Origin: Candidatus Limnocylindrales bacterium
GTDB taxonomy: Bacteria; Chloroflexota; Limnocylindria; Limnocylindrales; CSP1-4
Length of the DNA stretch: 64,000 nt
Assembly (NCBI GenBank): GCA_038329515.1
Contig: JBBQNA010000001.1
Coordinates: 2,086-66,085 of the forward strand
Reading direction: 5' to 3'
Of this stretch, positions 32,609 through 42,812 are shown piece by piece (the stretch's first letter is position 1; each line of letters opens with the position of its first letter). The notes under the pieces were generated by a model, which saw only the letters and a program-made list of their open reading frames with translations, ran no database searches and was not told where the DNA came from. Both the position numbers and the translations under genes were made by a program.

Positions 32609-33196
32609 CTAGATGTCGACGTTGGAGCTGTAGCACGTGTTGTTGCGGACGGTGTCATAGCCGCCGCCCTTGACGTGCAACCAGTCGATGTTGGCGACCA
32701 CGCGACCCTGCTCGACGGTCGTCGTGCCCGGCTTGTACCAGACGATGAACACCTTCACCCGGAAGTTGGACGACTTCACGGTCTCAGGTGCGGTCCAGGT
32801 GCGGCGGGTGAAGCCCGCGATGTTCGTCTCGGTCGCGGTCTTCTTCTGGACCGAGCTGGTGTAGACGGTCTTGAAGGTGCCGTCGAACTCCTTGTCCTGC
32901 TGGATCTTGTACCACCAGCCGACCTTCTGGCTCTGGTTGCCGCTGCCGGTGTCGCGCGCATGCACGAACGGCGCTCGCACGCTGATGTCGTCGAGCACAT
33001 ACTTGTTGTTGGTCTTGTGGGTCTCGTAGTCGCAGTTGGCGCCCCGAGGCCCGCTCTCCTGGTCGTTGAACTGGTAGGGCCCGACCTTGCCCTCGGTCTT
33101 GGTCACGGTCGCGGCGAATGCGGGCTGTGCGACCAGCGTCATGGCCAGCAACGCGGGCCCGAACAGCATCGCGCGCCGGGAGATCCTTCGGAACAT
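32609..33196 (-). CDS. Secreted hypothetical protein, Lys/Asn/Thr/Tyr/Trp-rich.
   Basis: Signal MFRRISRRAMLFGPALLAMTLVAQPAFA|A. Strong AGGAG RBS. About 60% GC with host-like GC3. Two Cys (near N- and C-termini). Own 170-bp upstream region. Confidence 0.6.
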   Translation of the reverse strand: MFRRISRRAMLFGPALLAMTLVAQPAFAATVTKTEGKVGPYQFNDQESGPRGANCDYETHKTNNKYVLDDISVRAPFVHARDTGSGNQSQKVGWWYKIQQDKEFDGTFKTVYTSSVQKKTATETNIAGFTRRTWTAPETVKSSNFRVKVFIVWYKPGTTTVEQGRVVANIDWLHVKGGGYDTVRNNTCYSSNVDI

Positions 33197-33367
33197 GGCT
33201 ACTCCTGTTCTTGCTCGGCCGACGACCCGTCGGTCCGATGTCTGCGTCCCTGTGCAGCGGCAGGCAAGCCGTCAGGGACTCGCTGCGCGCCAGCATGATG
33301 CATCAGGCCCACGCCGACCATGGTCCATGGGTCCGGACTCGCATGCGACGGATGACGTAGGCGGGCG

Positions 33368-34126
33368 CTAGCTCCGGATCTCATCCAGGAACGCCAACGA
33401 GCGCGCATCACGCTCCAGGACGTGACGCAGGAACCGGCGCATCAGCCGTTCCACCTCTGCCTCCACATCCACGGGCAGCCGCAGGGCGGCGATGGCCTCG
33501 ATGTCCAGCCGGCGATAGGCGCGCAGCACCTTGAGCGCGTTGCGCGACAGGGGGCTCACCTCCGCCGGCGGTCGAGGGTGCCGGTCACACAGCAGGCCGC
33601 CCATCGTGGGCACCCAGCGGAACGACTCCGTCTCCTCTGGTATCCGGTCGCACTCGACACACCGCTCCACCTCCGGGCGCATGCCCAGGGCATCCGCGAG
33701 CCCGAACTCATACCAGCGCGCGACCCGGTCGGGCTCCATGCCGTCATCCAACAGCTGGAACGAACGCCGCAGCAGCGCGTAGACGGGGTACGCGCCGGCC
33801 CGTTCCTCCACGGCGCGCTCGGCCAGTTCACCGATGTACCACGCAGTCGCCGTCGACGGCAACCGGTCGCGGAGATGAAGCCATGCCTCGGAGACCTGCG
33901 CCTGGGTGACGACGTCGAAGGTGCGGCCGCGCACGAGCAGCAGCTGCAGCTCCGCGAACGGCTCCACGGCGCCGCCGATCCGACTGCCGGGCCGTCGGAC
34001 ACCTTTCGCGATGGCCTTGATCTTGCCATCGTGTGGGGTCAGCAGCGTGAGCACCCGGTCGGCCTCCCCGAGCTCGAACCGGGACAGCACGATGGCCGCG
34101 GTCCGGTAGGTTCGGGGCATGGGCAT
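33368..34126 (-). CDS. recO: DNA repair protein RecO.
   Basis: N-terminal OB fold and the CxxC...CxxH zinc motif region (CVECDR...CDRH). Confidence 0.9.
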   Translation of the reverse strand: MPMPRTYRTAAIVLSRFELGEADRVLTLLTPHDGKIKAIAKGVRRPGSRIGGAVEPFAELQLLLVRGRTFDVVTQAQVSEAWLHLRDRLPSTATAWYIGELAERAVEERAGAYPVYALLRRSFQLLDDGMEPDRVARWYEFGLADALGMRPEVERCVECDRIPEETESFRWVPTMGGLLCDRHPRPPAEVSPLSRNALKVLRAYRRLDIEAIAALRLPVDVEAEVERLMRRFLRHVLERDARSLAFLDEIRS

Positions 34127-34321
34127 GGGTCCAGCCTACCTGTCGTGGATACGATCCATCCAACGGCGTGCCGGGTGCGTATCTCATGACAGGGCATCGT
34201 CACGGTCGCGTCCCCCGTTGACGGTGCCCTGCTTCCCTTTCCGGCTGGCGGCCTCGACGTGCACCTGATCGGCCACCGGGGTGGATGACATCAACGTGCT
34301 AACGCGCGGTATCATGTTTCC

Positions 34322-35338
34322 GTGTTGACCATGACCGACCTGGACGTCCTCATCGCGGATACCGAGACCGAGATGGCACGCGTCATCGCCGCCGCGCAGG
34401 ACGAGCGGACCGCCGAGCTCTACGGCTGGGTGCGCTTCCACCTTGGACTGGACGCGGATGCGACGCGCGGCAAGCGACTGCGACCGTTGCTGGGCCTGCT
34501 GGCGTATCAGTCCATCGCGGGCGATCACCAGCGGGCACTCCCGGGCGCCGCCGCGGTCGAGATGGGCCACAACTTCAGCCTCGTCCACGACGACATCCAG
34601 GATTCGAGCACGGAACGCCGTCATCGGCCGGCGCTGTGGACCATCACCGGCGTGCCCCAGGCCATCAACACCGGCGACACGCTGTTCACGTTGTCGCGCA
34701 TGGCGCTCCATCGCCTGTCTGACCTGGGTTTCAGCGCCCAGAAGGTGCTGGACCTGATGCGCCTCTATGACGAGACCTGCCTGGCGCTGTGCGAAGGCCA
34801 ATTCCTGGACATCCGGGCCTCCGAGGGGCAGGAGTGGATGTCCGTCGAGTACTACCTGGACATGATCGGCCGCAAGACCGCCGCCCTCATCGCCGGATCG
34901 GTCAAGGCGGGCGCGATGCTGGCCACCGATGACGACGCCGTGGTGGAGGCATATCGCCGGTTCGGCTGGGCCCTGGGCATGGCGTTCCAGATCAACGATG
35001 ACCTGCTGGGTATCTGGGGCGACGAGGCGTCGACGGGCAAGGCACCCTCGGACATCGAGGCGCGCAAGCAAACGCTGCCGCTGCTGCACGCCCTGGAACA
35101 CGCCGCCGAAGCGGACCGAGAGCTGTTGCGCTCCATCCTCCACGGTCCTGCGACCACCGACGAGGACGTGGCCACGGCGCGCGACATCCTGGAACGGGCC
35201 GGCTCGAGACAATTCTCGCGTGGTCGCGCGGCATCATATCGGGACGAGGCGGTGCTCCAGCTGAGCCAGTCCGGCGTCGTGGATGGCGAGGCGCTCGCGC
35301 GTCTGCAGCGCATCGTGGGGTCCGTCATCGCGGCCTGA
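34322..35338 (+). CDS. Polyprenyl diphosphate synthase (trans-isoprenyl diphosphate synthase family).
   Basis: First DDxxD (LVHDDIQD) and second Asp-rich motif (FQINDDLLGIWGD...GK). Confidence 0.85.
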   Translation: MLTMTDLDVLIADTETEMARVIAAAQDERTAELYGWVRFHLGLDADATRGKRLRPLLGLLAYQSIAGDHQRALPGAAAVEMGHNFSLVHDDIQDSSTERRHRPALWTITGVPQAINTGDTLFTLSRMALHRLSDLGFSAQKVLDLMRLYDETCLALCEGQFLDIRASEGQEWMSVEYYLDMIGRKTAALIAGSVKAGAMLATDDDAVVEAYRRFGWALGMAFQINDDLLGIWGDEASTGKAPSDIEARKQTLPLLHALEHAAEADRELLRSILHGPATTDEDVATARDILERAGSRQFSRGRAASYRDEAVLQLSQSGVVDGEALARLQRIVGSVIAA

Positions 35339-35351
35339 GCCGCGCGGCTCC

Positions 35352-36677
35352 TCAGTCGTCGCTGTCGTCCGCGTCCTCGGTCGCGGTGGAGCATCGCTGG
35401 ACCAGGAGCTTGGCCACGCGCCGGCCGTCGGTGGACTCCACGGTCAGCTGGAGCTCGTCCCCCACACGCACCACATCACCCACCTTGGGGATGCCGCCGA
35501 TGCGGTGATAGATGAGCCCGCCGACCGTGTCGTACTCCTCCTGGTCCTCGACGGTCTCCGTGGGCAGGTCGAAGTGCTCCAGCAGGTCCTCGATGGACGC
35601 CCGGCCGTCGACCCGCACCTGGTCATCGGCGAGGACCACGATCATGGGCTCCTCGGTGTCGTACTCGTCCTGGATCTCGCCCACGATCTCCTCCAGCAGA
35701 TCCTCGATGGTCACCATGCCGGCCGTGCCGCCGTACTCGTCGAGCACGATGGCGATATGGACCCGGCGCCGCTGGAGGCTGTGGAGCAGGTCGTCGACAC
35801 TCATGGACTCGGGCACGAACAGAGGCGCCCGGACCAGGCGCCCGATGGGCGGCAGCTCGTCGATGCCCTTGAGGAATGGCAACAGGTCCTTGGCGTACAG
35901 GATGCCTGTGATGTTGTCCACGGAGTCCTCGTAGACCGGGATCCGGGAGTGGCCACCATCTACGATGGTGTCGACGATCTGATCCAGGTTCGCGGAAGTG
36001 GGCAGGGCGACCATCGCGATGCGGGGCACCATGACCTCGTGCACCTTGCGTTCGCCGAGGCCCAGCACAGCTCCGATCATCTGCTCTTCCTCTGCCTCGA
36101 TGACCCCCTGCTCGCCGCCGCGCTCCACGAGGATCATCAGCTCTTCGGGCGAGATCCGGTCGCGGTCGGTCTCCCGGACACCCAGTCGACGGGTGACCCA
36201 AAGGGTGATGCCGTCCAGGATCGAGACCACGGGCGCCAGCAGCCGACCCAGGATCTCCATCGGTCGGGCGAAGAAGATGGCGTAGCGCTCGGCGTGCGCG
36301 AGCGCGAGGGTCTTGGGGATGAGCTCGCCGAACACCACGGTCACGAACGAGACGGCCAGCGTGACGATGAGCAGGGCGACGACGCCCGCACTCGATCCCA
36401 GTGGCTCCAGCAGCTTCTCCAGCGACTGGGCCGTGCTCTGGCCGGCGAACGCGGCGGCAAGGAAGCCGATGAAGGTGATGGCCAGCTGCGAGACGGCGAG
36501 GAAGCGACCCGGTCGATTGATGAGTCGGTCGACGCGCCGAGCGCCCTTGTGGCCCTCGTCGATGAGCTGCTGCAGTCGACTGCGTCGCACCGTCACGAGG
36601 GCGATCTCGGCGGCCACGAAGACTCCGTTGATGAGGATGAGCACCCCGATGATGAGCAGCTCCACGACGCTGCCCAT
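35352..36677 (-). CDS. HlyC/CorC (CNNM) family transporter: DUF21 + CBS pair + CorC_HlyC.
   Basis: Domain order recognisable. Start ATG overlaps the glmU stop (TGATG). Confidence 0.85.
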   Translation of the reverse strand: MGSVVELLIIGVLILINGVFVAAEIALVTVRRSRLQQLIDEGHKGARRVDRLINRPGRFLAVSQLAITFIGFLAAAFAGQSTAQSLEKLLEPLGSSAGVVALLIVTLAVSFVTVVFGELIPKTLALAHAERYAIFFARPMEILGRLLAPVVSILDGITLWVTRRLGVRETDRDRISPEELMILVERGGEQGVIEAEEEQMIGAVLGLGERKVHEVMVPRIAMVALPTSANLDQIVDTIVDGGHSRIPVYEDSVDNITGILYAKDLLPFLKGIDELPPIGRLVRAPLFVPESMSVDDLLHSLQRRRVHIAIVLDEYGGTAGMVTIEDLLEEIVGEIQDEYDTEEPMIVVLADDQVRVDGRASIEDLLEHFDLPTETVEDQEEYDTVGGLIYHRIGGIPKVGDVVRVGDELQLTVESTDGRRVAKLLVQRCSTATEDADDSDD

Positions 36678-38065
36678 CAGTCGGTCACCCGTGCGTCGTC
36701 GTCCGCGGCTGGCGTGTGGGTGCGCGCAGGTACGCCCACGACCGTGGTGTGGGCAGGCACGTCATGGGTGACCACGGAGCCGGCGCCCGTGACCGCACCC
36801 TCGCCGATGGTGACCGGTGCCCGCAGGATGGTGTCCGAGCCGATGAATGCGCCATCCCCGATGACCGTCCGATGCTTGCGCTGGCCGTCGTAGTTGGCGG
36901 TGATGGTGCCCGCCCCGATGTTGACGCCTTCGCCGATGGTCGCGTCCCCGAGATAGCTGAAGTGGTGCTGCTTGGAACGCGCGCCAAGGGTCGCGCCCTT
37001 GATCTCCGCGTAGTTGCCCACCTCGGCGCCAGCACCCACCCGGGCCCCCGGCCGGAGATGCGCGAACGGACCGATACGTACGTCGTTCTCGACCGTGGCG
37101 GACTCAAGCACGCTCGCCCAGATGGTGCAGCGCTCGCCGACCACGGAATCGACCAGTTGCGAGCCACTGCGGATGACCGAGTCGCGACCGATGCGCGTAG
37201 CGCCCCGCAGCGTCACGTTCGCCTCCAGCAGCACATCCGGGCCGAGCTCGACCGTGGCGTCGATGAACGCAGAGGCAGGGTCGATCATGGTCACGCCGGC
37301 ACGCATGTATGCATCGTTGATGCGCAGGCGCATGGCGACCTCCGCATCCGACAGCTGGGAACGGTCATTGATGCCCGAGAGCGTGCCGTCGTCGGGCAGC
37401 TCCAGGGCGGCCACTGGCCGCCTGTCCGCGCGTGCGAACGCGACCAGCAACGGCAGGTACAGCTCGCCGGTCACTGCCGATCGCGGGATGTCCGGCAGGC
37501 GCCGACGCAGCCACGCCACGTCGAATGCGTACAGTCCGGCGTTGATCTCCGTGATGTCCAGCTGCTCCTCGGTCGCGTCCCGCTCCTCCACGACCTGGGT
37601 CACCCGCTCATCGGCGTCGCGGACCACACGTCCGAGCCCCGTGGGATCGATGGCATCCACGGTCGCGAGCGCGACCACGGCAGCCTCCAGCCGGCGCATG
37701 TCCAGGAGCGTCGTGACGTGGAGCGCGGTGACCAACGGCACGTCACCGCTCAGTACGACGATCTCGGTCACGTCCGGAGGCAGCACGTCGAGCGCGGCGC
37801 GGACCGCATCGGCCGTGCCCCGCGGCTCATCCTGGACCGCGAAGCCGGCGCCCGGCACCACCGCGTCGCGGATCGACTCCGTTGCCGGCGAGATGACCAC
37901 CAGGGGCGGTCGACCGGTCGCGGCCGTGGCGGCCTCGAGGACGTAGTCGAGCATCGGCCGACCACACACCGGATGCAGGACCTTGGGCAGTCGGGACCGC
38001 ATTCGAGTGCCGAGGCCCGCAGCAAGGATGACCGCGATGGGCCCGGAGCTGGCGGCGCTGGTCAC
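36677..38065 (-). CDS. glmU: Bifunctional UDP-GlcNAc pyrophosphorylase / GlcN-1-P N-acetyltransferase.
   Basis: N-terminal LAAGLGTRM nucleotidyltransferase motif. C-terminal left-handed beta-helix hexapeptide repeats. Confidence 0.95.
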   Translation of the reverse strand: MTSAASSGPIAVILAAGLGTRMRSRLPKVLHPVCGRPMLDYVLEAATAATGRPPLVVISPATESIRDAVVPGAGFAVQDEPRGTADAVRAALDVLPPDVTEIVVLSGDVPLVTALHVTTLLDMRRLEAAVVALATVDAIDPTGLGRVVRDADERVTQVVEERDATEEQLDITEINAGLYAFDVAWLRRRLPDIPRSAVTGELYLPLLVAFARADRRPVAALELPDDGTLSGINDRSQLSDAEVAMRLRINDAYMRAGVTMIDPASAFIDATVELGPDVLLEANVTLRGATRIGRDSVIRSGSQLVDSVVGERCTIWASVLESATVENDVRIGPFAHLRPGARVGAGAEVGNYAEIKGATLGARSKQHHFSYLGDATIGEGVNIGAGTITANYDGQRKHRTVIGDGAFIGSDTILRAPVTIGEGAVTGAGSVVTHDVPAHTTVVGVPARTHTPAADDDARVTD

Positions 38066-38146
38066 AAGCGTGCCGCGCCGCCGGTGGCTGATGGAGGGAA
38101 GGTGCCCATGGGGTGCACTGACTGTACGGTCGCCGGACTCAGGGTG

Positions 38147-38536
38147 TCAAACGCCCGGGCGCTTGGCGACCGCCTCGACCTCGACGCGGGCGCCCTTGGG
38201 CAGCGCTGCCACGGCGAACGTCGAGCGTGCCGGGGGCGGGTCCGGAAAGTAGCGCGCGTACACCGCGTTGAATGCCGCGAAGTCACCGATGTCCACGAGG
38301 AAGCACGTCGTCTTGACCACATCCGCGTAGTCCAGGCCGGCTGCCTCGAGGACCGCGCCCAGGTTGCGCAGCGCCCGATCGGTCTGGGCCTCCAGGCCGC
38401 CGCCGACCAGCTCACCGGTCTGGGGATCGAGCCCGACCTGGCCCGAGCAATACACGGTGTCGCCGGTATCGATGCCTTGGCTATAGGGCCCGACGGCATT
38501 GGGTGCGCCAGACGTGGCGATGCGAGCCTTGCTCAT
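38147..38536 (-). CDS. ridA: RidA/YjgF family reactive-intermediate deaminase.
   Basis: 129 aa. Overlaps the ispE stop by 4 nt. Confidence 0.85.
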   Translation of the reverse strand: MSKARIATSGAPNAVGPYSQGIDTGDTVYCSGQVGLDPQTGELVGGGLEAQTDRALRNLGAVLEAAGLDYADVVKTTCFLVDIGDFAAFNAVYARYFPDPPPARSTFAVAALPKGARVEVEAVAKRPGV

Positions 38537-39504
38537 GGATGCCTCCGATCGCTGGTGATGGGCTGTGGGTGGGGTCCGGTCGACCGGGTGGCGATGACCC
38601 GGGTCATGGGCAACGATGTCTCGGTCAGGAGTTGGCGACCGACATCGATCGCGGCCTGGGCTGAAGGATAGAGGGCGAACAGGGTGGAGCCGGATCCGGT
38701 CAACAGCACCGGGCGCTCCAGGTGTCGCTCCAGAGCGTCACGGAGTGCTGCCAGGCCGGGTGTCACCGCCGCCGCTGGCAGCCACAGGTCGTTGGCAGCC
38801 CGCAGGTGCGCGGCGTGGCCAGCGAGGGTCACGGGGTCGACACCCGAGCGCAGCAGGTGCGCCAGGTCGTCCACGGCCCGACGAGCGTTCCCACTGGACC
38901 GAGCATCACCAGACAGCTCGTCCCATGCCCGGAACACGCGCGGCGTGGACGCGCCAGTCGCGGGTGCGACGAGCAGGACCCCGACCGGCTCGATGGGTGG
39001 CGGCAGCGGATCGATCGCCTCCCCCACACCTGTGACCAGGCCAGCACCCGCGCCATCCACGAAGAACGGCACATCCGATCCGATGCGTGCCGCCAGTCTC
39101 CGGAGGTCGACGGCCGCCGCGGAGTCCGGGAACCGAGCCGCCAGCAGGCAGAGGGTCGAGGCCGCGTCCGTGCTGCCGCCAGCCAGTCCCGCGGCCATGG
39201 GGATGCGCTTGTGCAGCCGGAAGGTGACCGCTGGTACGGGCGAGCCAGCGGCGGCTGCACGGAACGCCATCGTGGCGCGCAGCACCAGGTTGTCGGCGAG
39301 GGGGCAATCGGCATCGCCCTCGATGAGGAGCTGGTCCGGGCCATCGGGTGCCTGCGAGTCCGTCAAGCTCAGCGTGTCGGCCAGATCCAGGCGCAGGAAC
39401 ACCGAACGCAGCTCGTGATAGCCGTCGGCCCGGACGCCCGTGACCGCGAGTGCCAGATTGACCTTGGCGCTAGCCGAGGTACGCAGCACGACCGGTCCGA
39501 CCAT
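38533..39504 (-). CDS. ispE: 4-diphosphocytidyl-2-C-methyl-D-erythritol kinase.
   Basis: GHMP-kinase motif PMAAGLAGGSTDAA. N-terminal SASAKVNLALAV. Start ATG at 39504 (MVGPVVL). The supplied ORF is extended upstream. Confidence 0.85.
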   Translation of the reverse strand: MVGPVVLRTSASAKVNLALAVTGVRADGYHELRSVFLRLDLADTLSLTDSQAPDGPDQLLIEGDADCPLADNLVLRATMAFRAAAAGSPVPAVTFRLHKRIPMAAGLAGGSTDAASTLCLLAARFPDSAAAVDLRRLAARIGSDVPFFVDGAGAGLVTGVGEAIDPLPPPIEPVGVLLVAPATGASTPRVFRAWDELSGDARSSGNARRAVDDLAHLLRSGVDPVTLAGHAAHLRAANDLWLPAAAVTPGLAALRDALERHLERPVLLTGSGSTLFALYPSAQAAIDVGRQLLTETSLPMTRVIATRSTGPHPQPITSDRRHP

Positions 39505-39515
39505 CCGCCGCGTGG

Positions 39516-40421
39516 TCAGCGCTTGCGCGTGTCGATGGGCCCGAGGGCCGCCGACATCGCCAGCCAGTCGTCCACCGACAACGTCTGCGGTCGCCTGTCG
39601 GGGGTGATGCCGGTCGCCGACAGGGCCGCCTCGATGCGCTCGCGGCCGACCATCGGCAGCTGTCGCACCAGCACGTTGTGGATCATCTTGCGCCGCTCTC
39701 GGAACCCGGCCTGGACCAGGCGCCACAGATCGTCCTCGGACTCTCGCGGCAGCCGACGGGGTCGGGTGACACCCGCGAGCACCGCCGACTCCACGGCCGG
39801 CGCGGGCTCGAACGAGGACCCCGGCACGATGCGCACGATGCGCACGTCCGCGTGGTATTGCACGAACACCGACAGGTAGCTGAGGCCGCCTGGCGGTGAC
39901 GCGATGCGTTCCGCGACCTCGCGCTGGACCATGAGCGTGAAACGCAGCGGGCGCGGCTCGTCATCGAGCATCTGGTGGAGCACCGGGCTCGTGACGTGGT
40001 ACGGCAGGTTGGCGACCAGGTCCCAAGGTGCCGTCACGAGGCCCTCCATGGGGGTGTCCAGGATGTCGCCCTCCACCAGTCGCAGCGCATCGAAGCCCGC
40101 GAACCGTTCTTGCAGGTGCAGGTACAGCCGTGGGTCTACCTCGACGGCCGTGACCTGCGCGCCCGCCTGCAGCAGCGCCGCGGTCAGGATGCCGATGCCC
40201 GGACCGACCTCCAGCACCGGTCGGTCGGGACCGGCACCGGACGCCTCGATGATCGCCTCCAGGACCGTCCCATCGACGAGGTGGTTCTGGCTCAGGCGCT
40301 TGTTGGCCCGCAGGCCGTGCCGACGGAGGTATCGCTCGACCTGCTCCGGCCCAAGGTGGACGGCGTCCAGCTCCGTGAGCGGGTCCGGTCGCACGGGCCC
40401 GGATCCGCTCGAACCTGTCAC
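39516..40421 (-). CDS. rsmA: 16S rRNA (adenine1518/1519-N6)-dimethyltransferase.
   Basis: SAM-binding VLEVGPGIGILT. N-terminal KRLSQNHL. Confidence 0.9.
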   Translation of the reverse strand: MTGSSGSGPVRPDPLTELDAVHLGPEQVERYLRRHGLRANKRLSQNHLVDGTVLEAIIEASGAGPDRPVLEVGPGIGILTAALLQAGAQVTAVEVDPRLYLHLQERFAGFDALRLVEGDILDTPMEGLVTAPWDLVANLPYHVTSPVLHQMLDDEPRPLRFTLMVQREVAERIASPPGGLSYLSVFVQYHADVRIVRIVPGSSFEPAPAVESAVLAGVTRPRRLPRESEDDLWRLVQAGFRERRKMIHNVLVRQLPMVGRERIEAALSATGITPDRRPQTLSVDDWLAMSAALGPIDTRKR

Positions 40422-41527
40422 GCGGACACGTTCGCGGTCCGCGCGACACGCCCGGGCGTCGTCGCCACAGCCAGCTTGTACGACGGCCGCGCCTCCAGGT
40501 CGGGCCCGGCACGTTCACCGGCCTCGAAACGGTGGAATCCTGCGGCGCCGATCATCGCCCCGTTGTCGGTGCACAGGCCCGGCCGTGGCACCACGAACGG
40601 GATGCCCAGCGGCCGCAGGCCGGTCGCGATCCGTTCGCGCAGGACGCCGTTGGCCGCGACGCCGCCGCCCATGACCACGCTCCGGGCACCGGTAGCCGTC
40701 GCGGCACGCACGGTGCGCGTGGCCAGGACATCCACCACGGAGTCCTGGAATGCCCACGCAAGCTCCGCGACGACATCCGCGGGCAGGCTGGAGCCATCCG
40801 GCTCGGCGGCATCGGCATCCGGCCCGACAGCGGCCGTGACGGCGCGTCGGGCAGCAGTCTTGAGGCCGCTGAAGCTGAAGTCACCACTGTCGCCCATCCA
40901 GGCACGCGGGAACCGGCCATCGCGGCGCGTCGCCGTGGCGGCCGCGGCCATGATCGCTGGGCCACCCGGGTACGGCAGGCCCAGCAGCCGCCCGACCTTG
41001 TCGAACGCTTCGCCAGCGGCGTCATCGATGGTCTGGCCCAGCAGCCGATAGCTGAGGTGGTCGGTCATCTCCACCAGGAAGGTGTGGCCGCCACTGACGA
41101 CGAGGGCCACGAGCGGGAACACCGGAGCGGGTCGTGCGACCTCGTCGGGGTCGAGCAGCCACGCTGCGTAGATGTGTCCCTCGAGATGGTTGACGGGTAC
41201 CAGCGGCAGGCCCGTATCCCAGGCGAGGGTGCGAGCCATCGTGATGCCCACGAGGAGCGAGCCAGCGAGACCCGGGCCCTCGGTCACCGCGATGCCGTCC
41301 AGGCTGCGCAGGTCATCGACCCCCGCCACTCGACATGCCTCTTCCAGCACCGGGATCATCCAGCGCAGGTGGGCGCGTGCCGCGACCTCGGGTACGATGC
41401 CCCCGGTCTGGGCGTGGAGTGCCGTCTGGCTGGCGACCACGTTCGCGTGGATGCGGCGACCATCCTCGACGACCGCCACGGACGTCTCGTCACATGAGCT
41501 CTCGATAGCCAGCAGGCGCACGCTCAC
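40418..41527 (-). CDS. tsaD: tRNA N6-adenosine threonylcarbamoyltransferase.
   Basis: LAIESSCDETSVAVV. Kae1/TsaD His-His metal motif. Confidence 0.95.
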   Translation of the reverse strand: MSVRLLAIESSCDETSVAVVEDGRRIHANVVASQTALHAQTGGIVPEVAARAHLRWMIPVLEEACRVAGVDDLRSLDGIAVTEGPGLAGSLLVGITMARTLAWDTGLPLVPVNHLEGHIYAAWLLDPDEVARPAPVFPLVALVVSGGHTFLVEMTDHLSYRLLGQTIDDAAGEAFDKVGRLLGLPYPGGPAIMAAAATATRRDGRFPRAWMGDSGDFSFSGLKTAARRAVTAAVGPDADAAEPDGSSLPADVVAELAWAFQDSVVDVLATRTVRAATATGARSVVMGGGVAANGVLRERIATGLRPLGIPFVVPRPGLCTDNGAMIGAAGFHRFEAGERAGPDLEARPSYKLAVATTPGRVARTANVSA

Positions 41528-42078
41528 CTCTGGACGCCCGGGTCGCTGGCATCCGGATGCCGGACGCCATAGCGGACCTTCATGTCCCCCATGCGCTGGC
41601 GCATGTCGTCCGAGTCGAGCGGCTCCGTGGTCATGATCAGCGCGTCCTCACCGTTGTCCGAGTAGTAGCGCGGACGGACACCCACGGGTCGAAACCCGAA
41701 GCGCTGGTACAGCAGGCGGGCGGCATCGTTGCTCAGCCGGACCTCCAGCGTGGCCACGTGGGCACCCAGGTCGGAGCACAGGTCCATCAGCTCCAGCATG
41801 AGGCGACCGCCGACTCCGTGTCGGCGCCATGCAGGCAGCACCGCGAACGAGGTCACGTGCGCCTCGTCGACCATCAGCCAGACGCCGCCGTACGCTACGA
41901 GCTCCTCGCCCATCCGACCCACCAGGTAGTGGGCCATACGGTTCGTCTCGAGCTCCTGGCGGAACGCATACGGTGGCCACGGCACGGGGAAGCTGGCCCG
42001 CTCGATGGCATGCACGGCCTCGATGTCACCGACGCCCATCGGCTCGATGCGCATCGTCAGCGGAAGCCGGGCGACCAT
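41524..42078 (-). CDS. rimI: Ribosomal-protein-alanine N-acetyltransferase (GNAT).
   Basis: GNAT motif A (RRHGVGGRLM). Position between tsaB and tsaD. Confidence 0.85.
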   Translation of the reverse strand: MVARLPLTMRIEPMGVGDIEAVHAIERASFPVPWPPYAFRQELETNRMAHYLVGRMGEELVAYGGVWLMVDEAHVTSFAVLPAWRRHGVGGRLMLELMDLCSDLGAHVATLEVRLSNDAARLLYQRFGFRPVGVRPRYYSDNGEDALIMTTEPLDSDDMRQRMGDMKVRYGVRHPDASDPGVQR

Positions 42079-42812
42079 GTCCCCTCCCCTCCGTGCCCGG
42101 CGTCGAGCGCATCCGCCGCGGCTGCCGTGACCGCCGGGATGCCTCGCGGCAGCGCGACATAGCGCGGCACGAGGGTCGCAGGATCGGCGACCTCGCCACG
42201 CTCCAGTCTTTCGTCCAGGAGTTCCATCAGGGCGGCCGGCAAGGCAGCGGTCGCGGTCAGGCCCAGGCCAACCGGATCAGGGAAGCCAGCCGCCAGCGCG
42301 GCTGCAGTGCAGGCTGCGAGCCACGCGTTGTCCGTCGCCACATCCACTGCGATCAGTGGCCGCCGGCCCACGAGGGCCGTCAGGTCCGCGCTCGGCGGCA
42401 CCAGCACGGGATCGGACCCTGCCGCGCCCAGATAGTGGTCACGGGCACCGGCCGGCAGCAGCACGAGCGCATCCTGTCCCGTCGCTCCCAGGTCGCTGGC
42501 CACCGCTCGACGGAGCGCCTCGTCGGTTGGCAGGCCGACCAGCGTGAGGTGCCGGACAGCCGTCAGGGTCTTGGCGGTGGCCAGGCCGACCCGCAGACCC
42601 GTGAAGCTGCCAGGTCCCGTGCCGACCCCGATGGCAGTGATGTCCGCGATGCCGATGCCAGCCTCCATCAGCACGCTCGTGAGCTGCGACATGAGCCGGG
42701 TGCCGTGCCGGTTGGGCGCGTCCAGGACATCCGCCGCCGCCAGCGAGCGGCCCTGCCCGACGGCCACGACCGTGCGCCGCGTGGCGGTCTCGATGACCAG
42801 CCGCCAGCTCAC
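42057..42812 (-). CDS. tsaB: tRNA threonylcarbamoyladenosine biosynthesis protein TsaB.
   Basis: YeaZ-like inactive Kae1 homologue. GTG start at 42812 overlaps the tsaE stop (GTGA). Confidence 0.85.
   Translation of the reverse strand: MSWRLVIETATRRTVVAVGQGRSLAAADVLDAPNRHGTRLMSQLTSVLMEAGIGIADITAIGVGTGPGSFTGLRVGLATAKTLTAVRHLTLVGLPTDEALRRAVASDLGATGQDALVLLPAGARDHYLGAAGSDPVLVPPSADLTALVGRRPLIAVDVATDNAWLAACTAAALAAGFPDPVGLGLTATAALPAALMELLDERLERGEVADPATLVPRYVALPRGIPAVTAAAADALDAGHGGEGTWSPGFR

Noticed and set aside
32675-33298. 207-aa + strand ORF opposite the small secreted protein gene
   Set aside because: Low-complexity Gly/Ala/Arg/Leu composition with no signal peptide and no RBS. The minus-strand gene has a signal peptide, an AGGAG RBS and high GC3.
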